This document shows, in pieces, positions 26,096 through 38,089 of a stretch of DNA of 64,000 nt. The notes under the pieces are model-generated. The model saw only the letters and a list, made by a program, of their open reading frames with translations, did no database searches and was not told where the DNA came from. This DNA is from Negaprion brevirostris. Taxonomy: Eukaryota. Position 1 is the stretch's first letter. Each line of letters opens with the position of its first letter. The position numbers and the translations under genes were made by a program. The stretch covers positions 26,950,549-27,014,548 of the forward strand of contig JARDVH010000121.1 of NCBI GenBank assembly GCA_030324005.1, read 5' to 3'.

Positions 26096-26621
26096 ACTCA
26101 GAACTCATTCAGGACTTGAATTTGAATAGGCAATTGCAAAGTTGAGTTTACCAATAGGAAAGTGTGCATTGTCTTGTGCTCGCGAGCTGCTTTGTTTAAA
26201 TTGGCTGAACTACAGGAATAACTCTACATAAATTTTGGTCCTTCAAATTTCAACAACATTGACATCAGAGCTCTTCATTTACATGAAGGGGGTGCAAATG
26301 AATAGGGAGTGTGCACTCATCAGCAAAATGGAAACAGTACCACATACATCTGAGTAATCTTGTCTGGAGGTTCAGGTAAAATGATTTATATGCATTTCGA
26401 CCACAGAGGACCAAAAAAACTTAAAACTTTTAACTTCTTAATTCTCATTCTCTGCCTTATCACTTTACAAAACATAAAAGAACATTTGTTGCATTTGCTA
26501 GATAAAAATAACAGTCATTATAACTGTGAAACAAAATTCACATTTCTGCCACATGGATCTACACATTATAGCATCAGCAACATCTTAATGGACAAATGTG
26601 TAGCTCTTCGGCAGCACTTGC

Positions 26622-26703
26622 CTTGACTCTTGGGCAACCAGTAGTACACTGTGGTTAAATTAAGGATGTTCTTCTGAAAGTCTGCAGTGAGTTTCTGACA
26701 GTC
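26622..26703 (-). CDS. CCNDBP1: CCNDBP1 coding exon 4: DCQKLTADFQKNILNLTTVYYWLPKSQ(G), with a GC donor
   Basis: gtattag acceptor; ends AAG|GCAAGT; 82 nt keeps frame with exon 5; resembles human VYYLLPKDQG. Confidence 0.92.
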
Positions 26704-26791
26704 CTAATACAGAAAACATTAGTAAATGGAATATAGCATTGCTTCATATGTTTGCAAGAATTGTAAATGGAGGTTAAGCTTGTGCACTTAC

Positions 26792-26871
26792 TTGCACAGA
26801 TGGTAAGGGTGGTTTTGAAAAGGCCAGACTTAGCTTTGTTGCTTCTTGTGATATCACTTTAAAACAGTCAC
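26792..26871 (-). CDS. CCNDBP1: CCNDBP1 coding exon 3: (G)DCFKVISQEATKLSLAFSKPPLPSVQ
   Basis: ttcctctag acceptor, GTAAGT donor, 80 nt; resembles human VSREATTLTIVFSQLPLPSPQ. Confidence 0.95.
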
Positions 26872-27803
26872 CTAGAGGAAATACGTTGGGAAAAGATAGG
26901 CAAGGATTTAGGAAAATAGAAACAAAGTAGTAACAGCAACTGCTGCTGACAGTATCAACACCAGAATCAGCTAGACTACTGCCTAATATAAGTTTAATCC
27001 TAGAATATATTACTGAGGCAGAGCTTAGATTGCTGTTACAAGCGTTTTTCCATTAACTAATTATTGTACTTCCTTTCATAGAGCTGCAAGTTAACCTCAA
27101 GTCATTGGTACGATAAAATTAACAAAAGATTCTATGAACTAAATAATAATCAGTTAGAGTATTAATTAAAATGAAAGTCTTTTTCTCCCCCTCAATTACA
27201 ATGTTTAAAGTAAAACTTTAACAAGCTAAACACACAATCTTCCTATATGTAAGGAAAAGTTTACTTTAGAATTGGTACAAATGTAGGAGAGGCTTTACCA
27301 ATGTGTAATTCCATCATAATCTGTGTGACCTGGCCATAAATGCTGGCACTGGAAAGACACCACTGTGTTCCAATATAACAAAAATAAGAGGACTAAAGCT
27401 AATTGGAGCAAACTACTTTCCTGCACGTCCTTTCAATCACCATTTGGCAGCTGGCTAGTTCCGCATCTTTTTTGCAATGTGCATAATCACAACATCCTTT
27501 CCCACCTCCTATAATGCAAGTCTTTCTACCAAGTAATAAGTAGTTATGAAAAGTAGCCAATAGTTCAACTCATTTAAGGTACAAAATAATGACGTTAAAA
27601 CGCCAGTCAATGATTGTATAAAGTTTAAATTGCAAATATACTAGTTTCCCTTTTGAGCTCCAGTATATATGTCCAAAATCACGTGTAACATTGTCCCTTT
27701 AAATATTTCGCTCATTTCAGTATATATGAAGAACAGCAAAGATTATTTAAACACAACACTTTCTGTAATCTCTTCTCACATCCTTATATATTAAGTGCCA
27801 GAC

Positions 27804-27863
27804 CTAGAGTTTTCCAGAAGAAGTTCAAGTCAAAATCTTCAGATTTCCACAATGATTCACCCT
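27804..27863 (-). CDS. CCNDBP1: CCNDBP1 coding exon 2: (E)GESLWKSEDFDLNFFWKTL(G)
   Basis: Polypyrimidine ttttcttttttatag acceptor, weak GTCTGG donor, 60 nt, phase 1-1; resembles human GEAQETTEEFNREMFWRRL. Confidence 0.85.
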
Positions 27864-29958
27864 CTATAAAAAAGAAAATAGATTTCACTAACATGCTGTC
27901 ATAGTTTCACAGAAGAGAACAGAAGTACATTTCATTATCAGCCATTTGAGCTGAGTTATCCACCCTCAGGCAAGATGGTTAGAATGCATTAACTGAACTC
28001 CTGGAGCTGAGGGAGGAGGTGAAAAGATGAGATGGGAAAAACAGCCAAAATTGTTTCAGCTGAAATGTAAGCTGAAAATGTATATATGACTATTATGTAA
28101 CAATAAAATCATACAATTGTATAGCACAGAAGGCCACTCAGTTTATGCCACTTCTTTCAAAGAGCAATCCAGTTAACCTACTTTCCTGTTTTTCCGCCAT
28201 ATTCCAACGATGTTTCATCCCTTCAAGTATTTAAGCCCAAGGCTATCATAAATTCCCTGCAGTGCAGAAGGAAGCCATTCAGCCCAACAGATTGAAGTCT
28301 TACATAAGAACACAAGAAGTAGGAGCAGAAGTAGGCCAGCTAGCCCTTCGAGCCTGCCCTGGCATTCAATAAGATCATGGCTGATCTGAAGTAGCTCAGT
28401 TCCACTTTCCCGCTTTCTCCCCATAACCCTTAATTCCCTTGCCTACNNNNNNNNNNNNNNNNNNNNNNNNNNNNNNNNNNNNNNNNNNNNNNNNNNNNNN
28501 NNNNNNNNNNNNNNNNNNNNNNNNNNNNNNNNNNNNNNNNNNNNNNNNNNNNNNNNNNNNNNNNNNNNNNNNNNNNNNNNNNNNNNNNNNNNNNNNNNNN
28601 NNNNNNNNNNNNNNNNNNNNNNNNNNNNNNNNNNNNNNNNNNNNNNNNNNNNNNNNNNNNNNNNNNNNNNNNNNNNNNNNNNNNNNNNNNNNNNNNNNNN
28701 NNNNNNNNNNNNNNNNNNNNNNNNNNNNNNNNNNNNNNNNNCCACCTCAAAAAAAAGTTACTTTTCCAGCATCATGAAGCCTTGCTTACCCCTGCTGCAG
28801 CAGGTCTCTGAGGCTTCCCACTGTGCCCAACTCCAGTACAACTTGACAGGAGGGGCTGGGTGCACACTTTACACACTTAAATGACCCCAGGGTCACAAAT
28901 TCATCTAGAATCATGGGGCTATCGCAGTAATTAGCAGCAGTCTCCTCCTCTAGTCCTGTTGGAGATACATACACCTCAGCTCCATAATAATCCCAGCTAG
29001 TGAGTCATCAAAGCAAAGCCCTTTGGGTAACGCTCAAACTAATGCTCTCCCGGATCTACATGCAATAATAACACACAATCAGAAAAGCCCTGTGTTTGAT
29101 TCCACAGCATCCTCCACCTCCTCACAATCTTCCCTCAAGTTATTTGCCTCATACTGCAGTTAGCCACAACTGTTAGCCCTTCAGAATTCATCCACCCACA
29201 CACACACCCACCTTAATCAACACACACAATGGCACAGTGGTTAACACTGCTGCCTCACAGCACCAGGGACCCGGGTTCAATTGCCAGTTTGGATCATTGT
29301 CTGTTGAGTCTGCACATTCTCCCCGTGTCTGCACCGATTTCCTCCGGATACTTCGGTTCCCTCCCTCATTCCGAAAGACATGCCAGTTAGGTGCACTGAC
29401 CATGCTTAATTTGCCCTTCAGTGTACCCAAACAAGCACTGGAATGTGGTGACTTGGAGATTTTCACAATAACTTTGTTGCAGTGTGAATGTAAACCTACT
29501 AAAAAATAAACTTTAAAAAACTTAAACACAAGCTTGGACAGATATGGAAAGAGGAAGGAACTTTATTCAGAGCTAAGGGGAAGGAAATCAGAGATGAGTT
29601 CAATAAGGGGCAAGCAAACACACACACACACTAGCCTGGGATTGACCCTTCCCGGGTTCATAGCAATGTGCTGCTCACACACCTTGTGGGAACCCATCAA
29701 AGTGCGGGCATCTTCCCAGCCTTTATCCAGGATGGAGATGCAGGTTTTCAGTGAGTGGCTGAAACAGCATCCGCCAAAATGGAGCGCCGCAGCCATGAAG
29801 GGTTTTGGATAAAGAATTTAAAAACCAAGGCACCGCCAGACCGGGAGATAAACATGTCAGACAGCAGCGAGAGGCCCAGGCTGGGCTCGCGTCAGTAGAC
29901 AAACACCGGGACGATCAGCAAGGCCCGTGTCCAGGCCCAGACTCTCCTCCGCACTCAC

Positions 29959-30070
29959 CCCGCAGCTGCGACACCTGCTCCCGCAAGCCCTGCACCAGGT
30001 TCCGCAGCGGCAGCTCTGAACAGAGCGCTGGGCCCCGGCTCAGGGTCTCGGGTAAGACCCACTCCTCCAT
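29959..30070 (-). CDS. CCNDBP1: CCNDBP1 coding exon 1: MEEWVLPETLSRGPALCSELPLRNLVQGLREQVSQLR
   Basis: ATG in strong context (gggaagATGG) inside a CpG-rich island; GTGAGT donor at 29958; phase 1 matches exon 2; LRNLVQGLR parallels human LRHLAEELR. Confidence 0.85.
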
Positions 30071-30079
30071 CTTCCCAGC

Positions 30080-30245
30080 AGCTCCGGGGCGTGGCTTAGA
30101 GACCAGGGGCGGGGTTACGACTCCGAGTCGGGGCTCAGAGACCAGGGGCGGGCTTGGGACTAGGGGCGGGATTACAACTCCAAGGCGGGGTTTAGAGACC
30201 AGGGGCGGGGCATGAGTCCAGAGACCTGAATGAGGGGCGGAGCTG
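30080..30245 (-). promoter_or_regulatory. CpG-rich TATA-less promoter of CCNDBP1 with a tandem GC-box (Sp/KLF) array
   Basis: GGGGCG(G/T)GG-type boxes at ~30086, 30106, 30145, 30163, 30183, 30202 and 30234, within a degenerate ~19-20 bp repeat (AGAGACCAGGGGCGGGGYT) directly upstream of the ATG. Confidence 0.75.
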
Positions 30246-30850
30246 CAATCCTGGGGCAGGGTCTTGAGGTCTGGGGTTTGGACTCTGAGTCTTGGGTCCT
30301 TCAGGGATGTGGGGAGGGTTGCACTGTGGTTTGCACTGCTGTCTCATCAGCGCTAGGGACCCAGGCTCACTTCTGGCCTTGCGTAACTTTCTGTGTGGAA
30401 TCATAGAATCCCTACAGGGTAGAAGGAGGTCATTTGGCCCTTCGAGTCGACACCAACCACAAACTCACCTAGGCCCTATCCCCATAACAACATGCAGTTA
30501 CCCAGCAAGATCCTCCGACACTAAGAGGCAATTTAGAATGTCCGATTAGCCTAATCATAAACCTTCCATTGTGTACTGGAGCAGACGAGTGAAGGAGCAG
30601 AGAGACAGATAAGAAATTACCTGTTAAGAAAGTGTTTAAATAAGTTTAAAGCACTTTGTAGTAAGAACTTACATAGTAGAACTGTTTAAATCATTTAAAA
30701 GCATTTTTGCGGGCTTTTTGTATCTACCACTTTAAGAATTGTAAGGGAGTNNNNNNNNNNNNNNNNNNNNNNNNNNNNNNNNNNNNNNNNNNNNNNNNNN
30801 NNNNNNNNNNNNNNNNNNNNNNNNNNNNNNNNNNNNNNNNNNNNNNNNNN

Positions 30851-30960
30851 CTGTCACACCTAAAACACTTGTACCCAGGAACATTCAGCTGCCAGTCCTG
30901 CCCTTCCCGTAACCACGTCTCCGTTACTGCCACCGCATCTAACTTCCTCACAAACATCAA
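30851..30960 (-). mobile_element. CR1 APE fragment
   Basis: DAVAVTETWLREGQDWQLNVPGYKCFR. Confidence 0.8.
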
Positions 30961-32939
30961 GGCCCTTTATCACTTTATCAATGGGAAACAAGTTTGTTAG
31001 TAATTGTAATTAGGTGTTTTATATACTTCATAGTTTTAAAGGTACATGTAATACTTATAATTAGTCCATAATTACAAATGTATCTTCTATATATTTTTAG
31101 GAGTTAAACAAAGGAACTTTGACGCATAGTTACAGATTGCCCTTTGATGTTAAACAGATGTTATATACAGTCCTTTAAAGCACACAAATGTTGGAATCGC
31201 AAGGCCATAAAGGAGACTTAATTACCTCTCCAGACACCTTATCAGAAACAACTGATACAAGAGTGAGTTTTAATGAAGCTGTCTTCACACTTTCATATCA
31301 AAACGGAGTCAGAAAGATATTACTGTCTTAGCTAACGAAAGAGATATGGTCGGCGACTTAGTGGAAACGAAGAAGAATTAATGGTAACATGATTTCTTAT
31401 ACCCCTTTTAATTGTAGGTAGTGATAAAAAGCTCAGTCATTGAATTGATAAGCAATATGCATGTGTTTCATTATGTTGGCAATAAACTAACTTATCAGGA
31501 CAATAATCGAGGAAAATCCTGAAGGCAAGTTGAGTTGACCACATCTCTTAGAGATTCAGTTAACTTCACTGACAAGGCCACAAAATGCTAATAACTTTTG
31601 TAGGTCCCCTTTATCAATTAAAGGATGCCCATGTGAGACTGTTTCAGTGAAGATGCTTTGTGAGGCTGCTATCAAAAATAGAGACATGATGTCTGACTAA
31701 GAGACTAGAGGACAGGCTTAGGGATGATATATCGGGGTGTCCACGAGGTATCGTGGTCTCATAGATCAGGCTGGTTCAGTATTTTTTCTATTAGATCAAT
31801 ATATAAGGTATGTCATTAGTAACACTTTGGATTGTGTCCAATTGACTGTGAGCTGTAGAATTGCATAAACCAGGATGATTTTCTTTGTCCAGTGGAGTCG
31901 TGCCTCTGGCCTATTGCAAGCAAGTAAAATAAAGACAATCTGTCGGTTAAGTATCTTGTGTTAATGTGTGTTTGTGTTAAAGTCAAACTTTGAAGTTGAG
32001 ATTTCGACACCACACAGACAGTGACCCAAGCTGGGAATCGAACCCAGGTCCCTGGTGCTGTGAGGCATCAGTGCTAACCATTGTGCCATCATGCCACCCG
32101 TACAGGAGTTTGCACATTCTCTCTGTGTCTGTGTAGGTCTCCTCCCAGTGCTCCGGCTTCTTCCCACAGTCCAAAGAGATACGGGTAGAGTGGATTGGCC
32201 ATGCTAGATTGCCCCTTGATATCCAAAGTTGTGTAGGTTGGACAGATTGGCGGGGTAAATACTTGGGATTGCAGTGATAAGGTGGGGGTGGGTAAGATGC
32301 TCTGTCAGAGAGTCAGCAGACTCAATGGACCAAATTGTAGGGATTCTATGGTTCTCTGAGGTGGGCCCTGAGTCTTGGGGTGGGGCTTTACATTCAAGGG
32401 CAAGCCTCTGAGTGTGGGGCAGGATGCTGGGTCTGAGGGTGGTGCTTTGAGTCCAGGGGCAGGGTCTGAGACAAAACATTTTTTTTAACCTCTATAGTAC
32501 ACTCCTTTTACCTATCATCATTTTTTTTCTTATTTATTCCTCCTTGCCTTCCAGCCTATCATAAACAAATTCTCTTTTAACCCCCTCCCCTCTTCATTTG
32601 TGTTCATTTAAAATGTATTGCATCTTTAACATTTTCCAGTTCTGATGGAAGGTCTTTGAGTTTAAACATAACTCTGTTTCTCTCTCCACCCTGGCAATTA
32701 GAAGATATAATGGTTGTTGGAAGTCAATCATGTCAGTTCCAGGACAACACTGCACAAATTCCTCAGGGTAAAAGCAAATTACTGCAGATGCTGGAATCTG
32801 AAACCAAAAGAGAAAACGCTGGAAAATCCCAGCAGGTCTGGCAGCATCTGAAAGGAGAGAGAAGACCTGACGTTGAGTCCAGATAACCTTCTGTCAAAAG
32901 CTTTGACAAAGGGATCTTTGTCAAAAATCATCTGGATTT

Positions 32940-35900
32940 TTGTAGTGGGGATTCAAAAATGGTAATGCCAGTGAATGTAAAGTGCTGATGGTTGGATCCT
33001 CCTTGTTGGAGGTAGTTATCCACTTTGTTAGCAAAAACAGGAAGGCAGATTATTATCCGAATGGCCAAAGTTTGTGAGAAGGGAACATGCTACACATTCA
33101 GCACAAATCTTCACTACTGTTACTGGAATATTGCTGGACCCACAGCCTTTGCAGTATTCAGTGCCTTCAGCCATTTCTTGATTTAACGCGGAATGAATCG
33201 AATTGGCTGAAGACTGGTGTCTGTGATTCCAGAGGAGACCAGGATGGATCATCCACTCAACACTTTTGGCTGAAAATTGTTACAAATGCCTCAGCCTTAT
33301 CCTTTGTACTGGTATGCTGGGCCCTGCCTTCAGTGAGAACGAGGATATTTATGAAGCCTCCTCCTCCAATAAGTTCTTTAGTTGTCTACCACCATTCACA
33401 ACTGGATGTGGCAGCACTGCCATGCTTAGATCTGCTCCTTTGTAGAATTGCTTTGCTGTGCCTATTGCTTGCTGCTTGTGCTGTTTGGCATGCAATTAGC
33501 CCTGGGTTGTAACTTCACCAGATTGACATCTCATTTTTAGGTATGTCTGGTGATGCACCTGACATCCCTTCATGCACTTTTCAATGTACCAGGATTGATG
33601 CCCCGTTTCTTGGTGAGGGTAGCATGGGCAATATGCCATCCCACTAGGCTACAGATTGCAGTTGAGTATAATTTTGCTGCTGCTGATGAGTGACAAAGTT
33701 TCCTGGTTATCCACTCCTAAGTTGCTGCATCGGTTCAAAATCTATCCTATTTACCACAGTGTTAATGCCACATAACATGATGGAAGGTAGCCTCAATATG
33801 AAGATAGAACTGTGTGGTGCTCACTCTTACCAATACTGTCATGGATGGATGCATCTGCAGCAGGCAGGTTGCTAAGGATGAGGTCAAGTATGTTTTCCCT
33901 CCGTCTGGTTGCTCAATACCTGCTGCTGACCTAGTCCACCAGCTATATCCTAGGACTTGGCCAGCTCAGTCTGTGCTAATGCTACTGAGCCACTCTTGGT
34001 GATGGTCATTGAAGCCCGCCACTGACAATACATTCTGTGCCCTTGTCACTCTTGGCTCTACATGGAGGAGTACTGATTCATCAGCTGAGAGGGTGGGGAA
34101 GGTGCGGTGGGTTGGGGGGTGCACGTAATAATCAGCAAGAGCTTCCCTTGCTCATGTTTGACCTGATGCTAAGAGACGTTGTGGGCCCTGGAGTTGATGT
34201 TAAGGTTGCTGCAGTCACAACTGGGACTACTGTTAGCAATTCAGCACTGTCGGGTTATCCTGAGTGAATGGATTAGATGGGCTGAATGTCTTTCTTCATT
34301 CAATTATCTTGTGGTGTAGAACTCCCTGTGGAGTATTATTTCTTTAAAGTCACTATAAAATCATCATCTCACTCAATTTTGTTGGCAAATTGTATTTCAA
34401 AATGAGTTAATGCTGTGTTTCTGATACACATGAAACACAGAAATGATGTATCTTTTCTACAGATACCTCCTGAATTTCAATCAAATTTGGCTTGGTTGAG
34501 TTGAGTTTCTATTTTCAAGCACTTTCCTTTTGTAGTACTGCAGCTAGTGGCAGATAAACATTATATTTATATATTGCCTTTAAATGGGGAAGGTTCCCGA
34601 TTTTCTTTATTGAGATGTAAGGAACGAAAGGAATGTTGAACCAACGGAGATATTCAGAGTTATTTTTATCCTTTCTTCAAATGTGTATATTACTGTCTAG
34701 GCCAGTATTTGTTGCCTATTCCCCATTGTTTTTGAGAAGGTGGTGGTGAGCTGCCTTCTCAAATTGCTGCAGTCCACCTGGTACGCACATGATGCAGTTA
34801 GGGAGTTCCAGGATTTTAATCCAGCAATAGTGAATAAATGGCAATTTAGTGTCAAGTAATGACAATGTGTGACTGGGTGGATAATCTGCAGCTGATCATG
34901 TTCCCATGTGTCTGCTACCCTTCTAGGTAGTTCTGCTAGGTGGTTGAGATTGTGAGTTTGAAAGCTACTGTTGAAGGAGGCTTGAGGAGTTACTTGCAGT
35001 GCATGTTGTACATTGTTTTGCAGGGGTTTCACGGCTATTTGACTATAGTGTACCTCACCCCTCATAACTGACCAAGCAATACTCAGACTTCAAGTTCAAG
35101 ATTTTTATTCAATCTATAGAAAGGAAGGCTGCTGGCCACAGGGGACTCACAGTCCCCGAATAAGGAAATACAGTGACAATCATACCCTATGGCTCTACTG
35201 AAAGCAATTAACATATACCAATCAAAGGTTTAAAGAATTATCTATGTCCATTCACAACTAGTAATTNNNNNNNNNNNNNNNNNNNNNNNNNNNNNNNNNN
35301 NNNNNNNNNNNNNNNNNNNNNNNNNNNNNNNNNNNNNNNNNNNNNNNNNNNNNNNNNNNNNNNNNNTCCAATTGCATCTACTGAATTATACTATCACCAA
35401 GCACATATTTCTTTCTATTTATCTACTAACTTCCAGACATAAGTATGATAAAGATAAGTTTGACCAGTGATTACATAAGCTGCAGTTGTGCAGTATTCAG
35501 TTGGTTTCTATGTGCGCATTGTGTGAAGAAAGCCTCCCTTATCATTAATACAGCTTGATCCTTGACTGTTATCTGTAGCTAAGGGAAATGGTTTCTCATC
35601 TGGAGTGTCTCTGTAGAATTTTTAGCAGTTTATGATTTTTAAACTTAAATGATTTTTGACTCTTTCAGTGGTACACATTGCTGCCATTGTGGATTAGTGA
35701 CAGAAAGTTTATTCAAGGTGGAGAATGGGGTGTCTGGTTGGTGTTGAACTTCTTGAGTGTTATTATAGCCGCATCATCCAGACAAGTGGAGAGTGTCCCA
35801 TCTTACACCTAACTTATAAATGGTGGACAGGTTTTGGGAGTCAAGCAGTGAATCACTCACCATGGAATTCCCAGCCTCTGATCTGATCTTGTAATCACAG

Positions 35901-37190
35901 TATTTATACGACTGTTTCAGTTAAGTTTCTGATCAATACTGACACACAGTATGCTGACAGTGTGGATTTCTGTGATGGTAATGCTGTTGAATGTCACAGG
36001 GAGACGGCTCGATGCTCTCTTGTTGGAAATCGACATTGCCTGGCATCTGTATAGCACGAATGTTCTTGCCACTTATCTGCCCAAACGTGAATGTTGTCTG
36101 GGTTTTGCTGCATGTGGACGCAGACTGCTTCAATATATGAGGAATTGTGAATAGTGCCAAATAAATAATCAATGAGTATTGCCTCTTCTGACATTATGAT
36201 GAGAGAATGTAATTGATTAAATAGTTGAAGATGTTTAGGCCTAGAACAGTAGCAAGAGAAACTCCTACAGAGATTATCTAAAATCATAGAATCCCTACAG
36301 TGCAGAAAGAGGCCATTCAGCCCATCGGGTCTGCACCAACAACAATCCCACCCAAGCCCTTTTCCCATAACNNNNNNNNNNNNNNNNNNNNNNNNNNNNN
36401 NNNNNNNNNNNNNNNNNNNNNNNNNNNNNNNNNNNNNNNNNNNNNNNNNNNNNNNNNNNNNNNNNNNNNNNAGGAATCATAGAATTCCCAACAGTGCAGA
36501 AAGAGGCCATTCAGCCCATCGGGTCTGCACCAACAACAATCCCACCCAAGCCCTTTTCCCATAACCTCACATATTTACCCTGCTAATTCCTTTAATTTAC
36601 ACATCCCGAGACACTAAGGAGCAATTTAGCATGGCCAATGCACCAAACCTGCATGTTTTTGGAGTGTGGAAGAAAACTGGAACAGCCAGAGAAAACCCAC
36701 TCAGGCACAGTGAGAACATGCAAACTCCACACAGAGAGTGACCAAGCCGGGAATCGCATGACACTCCCTCCAACAACCACAACCAACTTCCATTATATTA
36801 GATTTGGCTCCAACCTGATTCCCATTAATTCCAGTTTTGTTAGGATTCTTTGATGCCACATTTGGGTCAAATGGTGCTTTGATGTCAGTGACAGCCACTC
36901 ACACCTCACCTCTTGAGTTCGGCCCCTTTCTCTTTGTTTGGACCAAGATTGTAATGTGAACAGAACCTGAGTTAACCTTGCAGGAACCAAACTGAAATTC
37001 AGGGAGCAAGTTATTGCTAAGCAAGTACTGCTTGATAGCACTGCAGATTACCCCTTCCATCACATGACTGATGATCAAGAGTAGAATGACGGGGCAGCAA
37101 TTGGCCAGATTGGATTTGTCCGACTTTTTGTAGAAAGGATATACCTGAGAAGTAGTCCACATTGTCCAATAGATGGCAGTGTTTTTTGTT
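32940..37190 (-). mobile_element. Patchwork of fragments of a second LINE family (CR1/L2 group; shares its 3' tail with SINE family B), with SINE insertions
   Basis: KSDKSNLANCCPVILLLIISHVMEGVI / QFG / DIKAPFD RT-like remnants; the same family recurs at 47230-49090. Clade not resolved. Confidence 0.6.
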
Positions 37191-38089
37191 GCAAAAAATT
37201 ATACTTTATTTATAAACTATCTTAAAGAACAATATAAACATTTTATAGTGACCATCACACAAAATGCCACTATATTCAGGTTTTCTACATAGACCATATT
37301 GCACTCTGAGGTCCTTCTATACAACCAAAGAAACACTACAGACATTACAAAATGGTTATTATAAATGGTGCAAGAATATATATATAGATCAGTTTGCACT
37401 CTGAAGTGCTTCCATACAATTATGACACATGCAATATTCATTGTGCACATTAATTGTAAGTCAGGCAGTGTTTTATCTGTAGTGGAGCAGCTTGGCTATG
37501 GAGTGGCTTGTTCTTTGTTCTGAAGTACAAAACTTCAGTACAGATGCCCCTATTGGAAAGTTGTCAGGACCCATATGGACTTTGCAGTATCCAGTTGCAG
37601 AGGCAACCAAAACCTTGATCAAACTGGTGGATTTTATGGTTAATCCTAAAGGAGAAAGTAATAATTTCTTGAGAGGGAATACAGATCTTGTTAGGTCACT
37701 AAGGGTGAGTACAATTTATTCACTCTGAGACCGGGTTTCAGGTATGAAGTTTGTGAGGACAATGGCTTCAGTCTCCCTATTGTTAAGCAATGCTAATTGG
37801 ACCTCATTCAGATGGATGTCAGACAAGCATGTTATACAGTGTAGAGAGAGTAGAAGGTAGAAAGATGCAGAACTGGGTCATATCCATGTACGGATGGAAG
37901 TTGTCCCTGAGTTTGCAATCAATGCCAACAAGAGGCAACAACAGAGGATTCCTAACCACTGCCTTTCTCAAGGGCAATTAGGGATGGCCAATAAATGCAA
38001 TAATATTCAGCAATTCCCACATGCCATGAAAGAATTTAAAAAAACTATCATCCTCACAGTTCACTAAGCTTCAAAGTTTACTGTTATCC

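Noticed and set aside
29805-30215. 136-aa + strand ORF across the CpG island
   Set aside because: GC-rich, stop-poor sequence antisense to exon 1 and the promoter repeat; no domain evidence.
36283-36565. ~90-bp duplicated SINE tail around a 100-N gap
   Set aside because: Most likely an assembly artefact of a repeat at a contig junction.
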